The position numbers and the translations under genes are program-made. Under the pieces are notes generated by a model, which saw only the letters and a list, made by a program, of their open reading frames with translations, did no database searches and had not been told where the DNA came from. From the NCBI GenBank assembly GCA_951406725.2, contig OX597815.1, positions 195,548,001 through 195,612,000 of the forward strand: a stretch of 64,000 nt of DNA. The letters run 5' to 3'. The DNA comes from Octopus vulgaris (lineage: Eukaryota). Shown here in pieces: positions 63,461 through 64,000 of this stretch (the stretch's first letter is position 1; every line of letters starts with the position of its first letter).

Positions 63461-64000
63461 TATGTATAAAACGATATGTATATTTATATATATTCATGTA
63501 CATGTATATGTATATACATATATCTACATACGTGTGTATGTGTGTGCGTGTGTGTTTTCTTAGCTGATGTGCTTAGGTGCGCTTGAAAACAAATACTTTT
63601 GTGGTACTGTGTGTGCCTGAGTGAATATGAATTATTCAATTCATATTTCGCTACATAATTGTTTGCTAATGATATACAATTCAATGTGTAGTTCATCTGA
63701 TAAGCAGTTTTTTTGTGTTTGCTCTATGAGTCAACAGATTTGTAAACTTCACTTATTCTATTATTTTGTTCAAAGTAAAACTTGGAAGGAGCTAATTTTT
63801 TGTTGTCCACTGAAAAATCCACCGTAAGACATTCACTCACCTTCTCTTCCTCGGGTGATTATTAGCTTATAGCCATTTAAGGATTATATCAACTATGAAT
63901 TAACCTAGAAATGTCAGCCAGCCTGTTTGAGATTTTACGAATTGAGTGAAAATATTGAGTTAATGGATACGATACGTACATATATATATATATATATAAT

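Overview
AT-rich, microsatellite-saturated eukaryotic non-coding DNA. The SINE families and repeat landscape resemble octopus (coleoid cephalopod) genomes; this is recalled from memory, not database-verified. No intact host protein-coding gene, rRNA, functional tRNA or CRISPR array could be supported, and most ORF-track entries are translations of (TA)n/(CA)n/(AAT)n/(CTA)n tracts or SINEs. The window is a layered transposon graveyard. It holds three tRNA-derived SINE families, multiple R4/Dong-type (RLE) LINE 3' ends inserted in (AAT)n tracts, CR1 and RTE LINE fragments, a Gypsy integrase fragment, four mariner relics plus a MITE, and Helitron coding relics plus non-autonomous Helitrons. It also holds many Penelope-like terminal repeats, often as long palindromes, with type I hammerhead ribozyme motifs that can be folded by eye. 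Positions ~19.9-36.4 kb form a nested tandem segmental duplication. The most unusual observations are: (1) a recurrent composite of Penelope GIY-YIG end, tRNA-like cassette, (AAT)n and hammerhead, whose internal (AAT)n tract was hit by an R4/Dong LINE; (2) a 1.35-kb foldback-like array of CTATAG-core 11-12 bp units with alternating orientation, bounded by a 35-bp inverted repeat; (3) a diverse set of hammerhead variants. Coordinates were read by eye and may be off by a few bases, or tens of bases for degraded elements.
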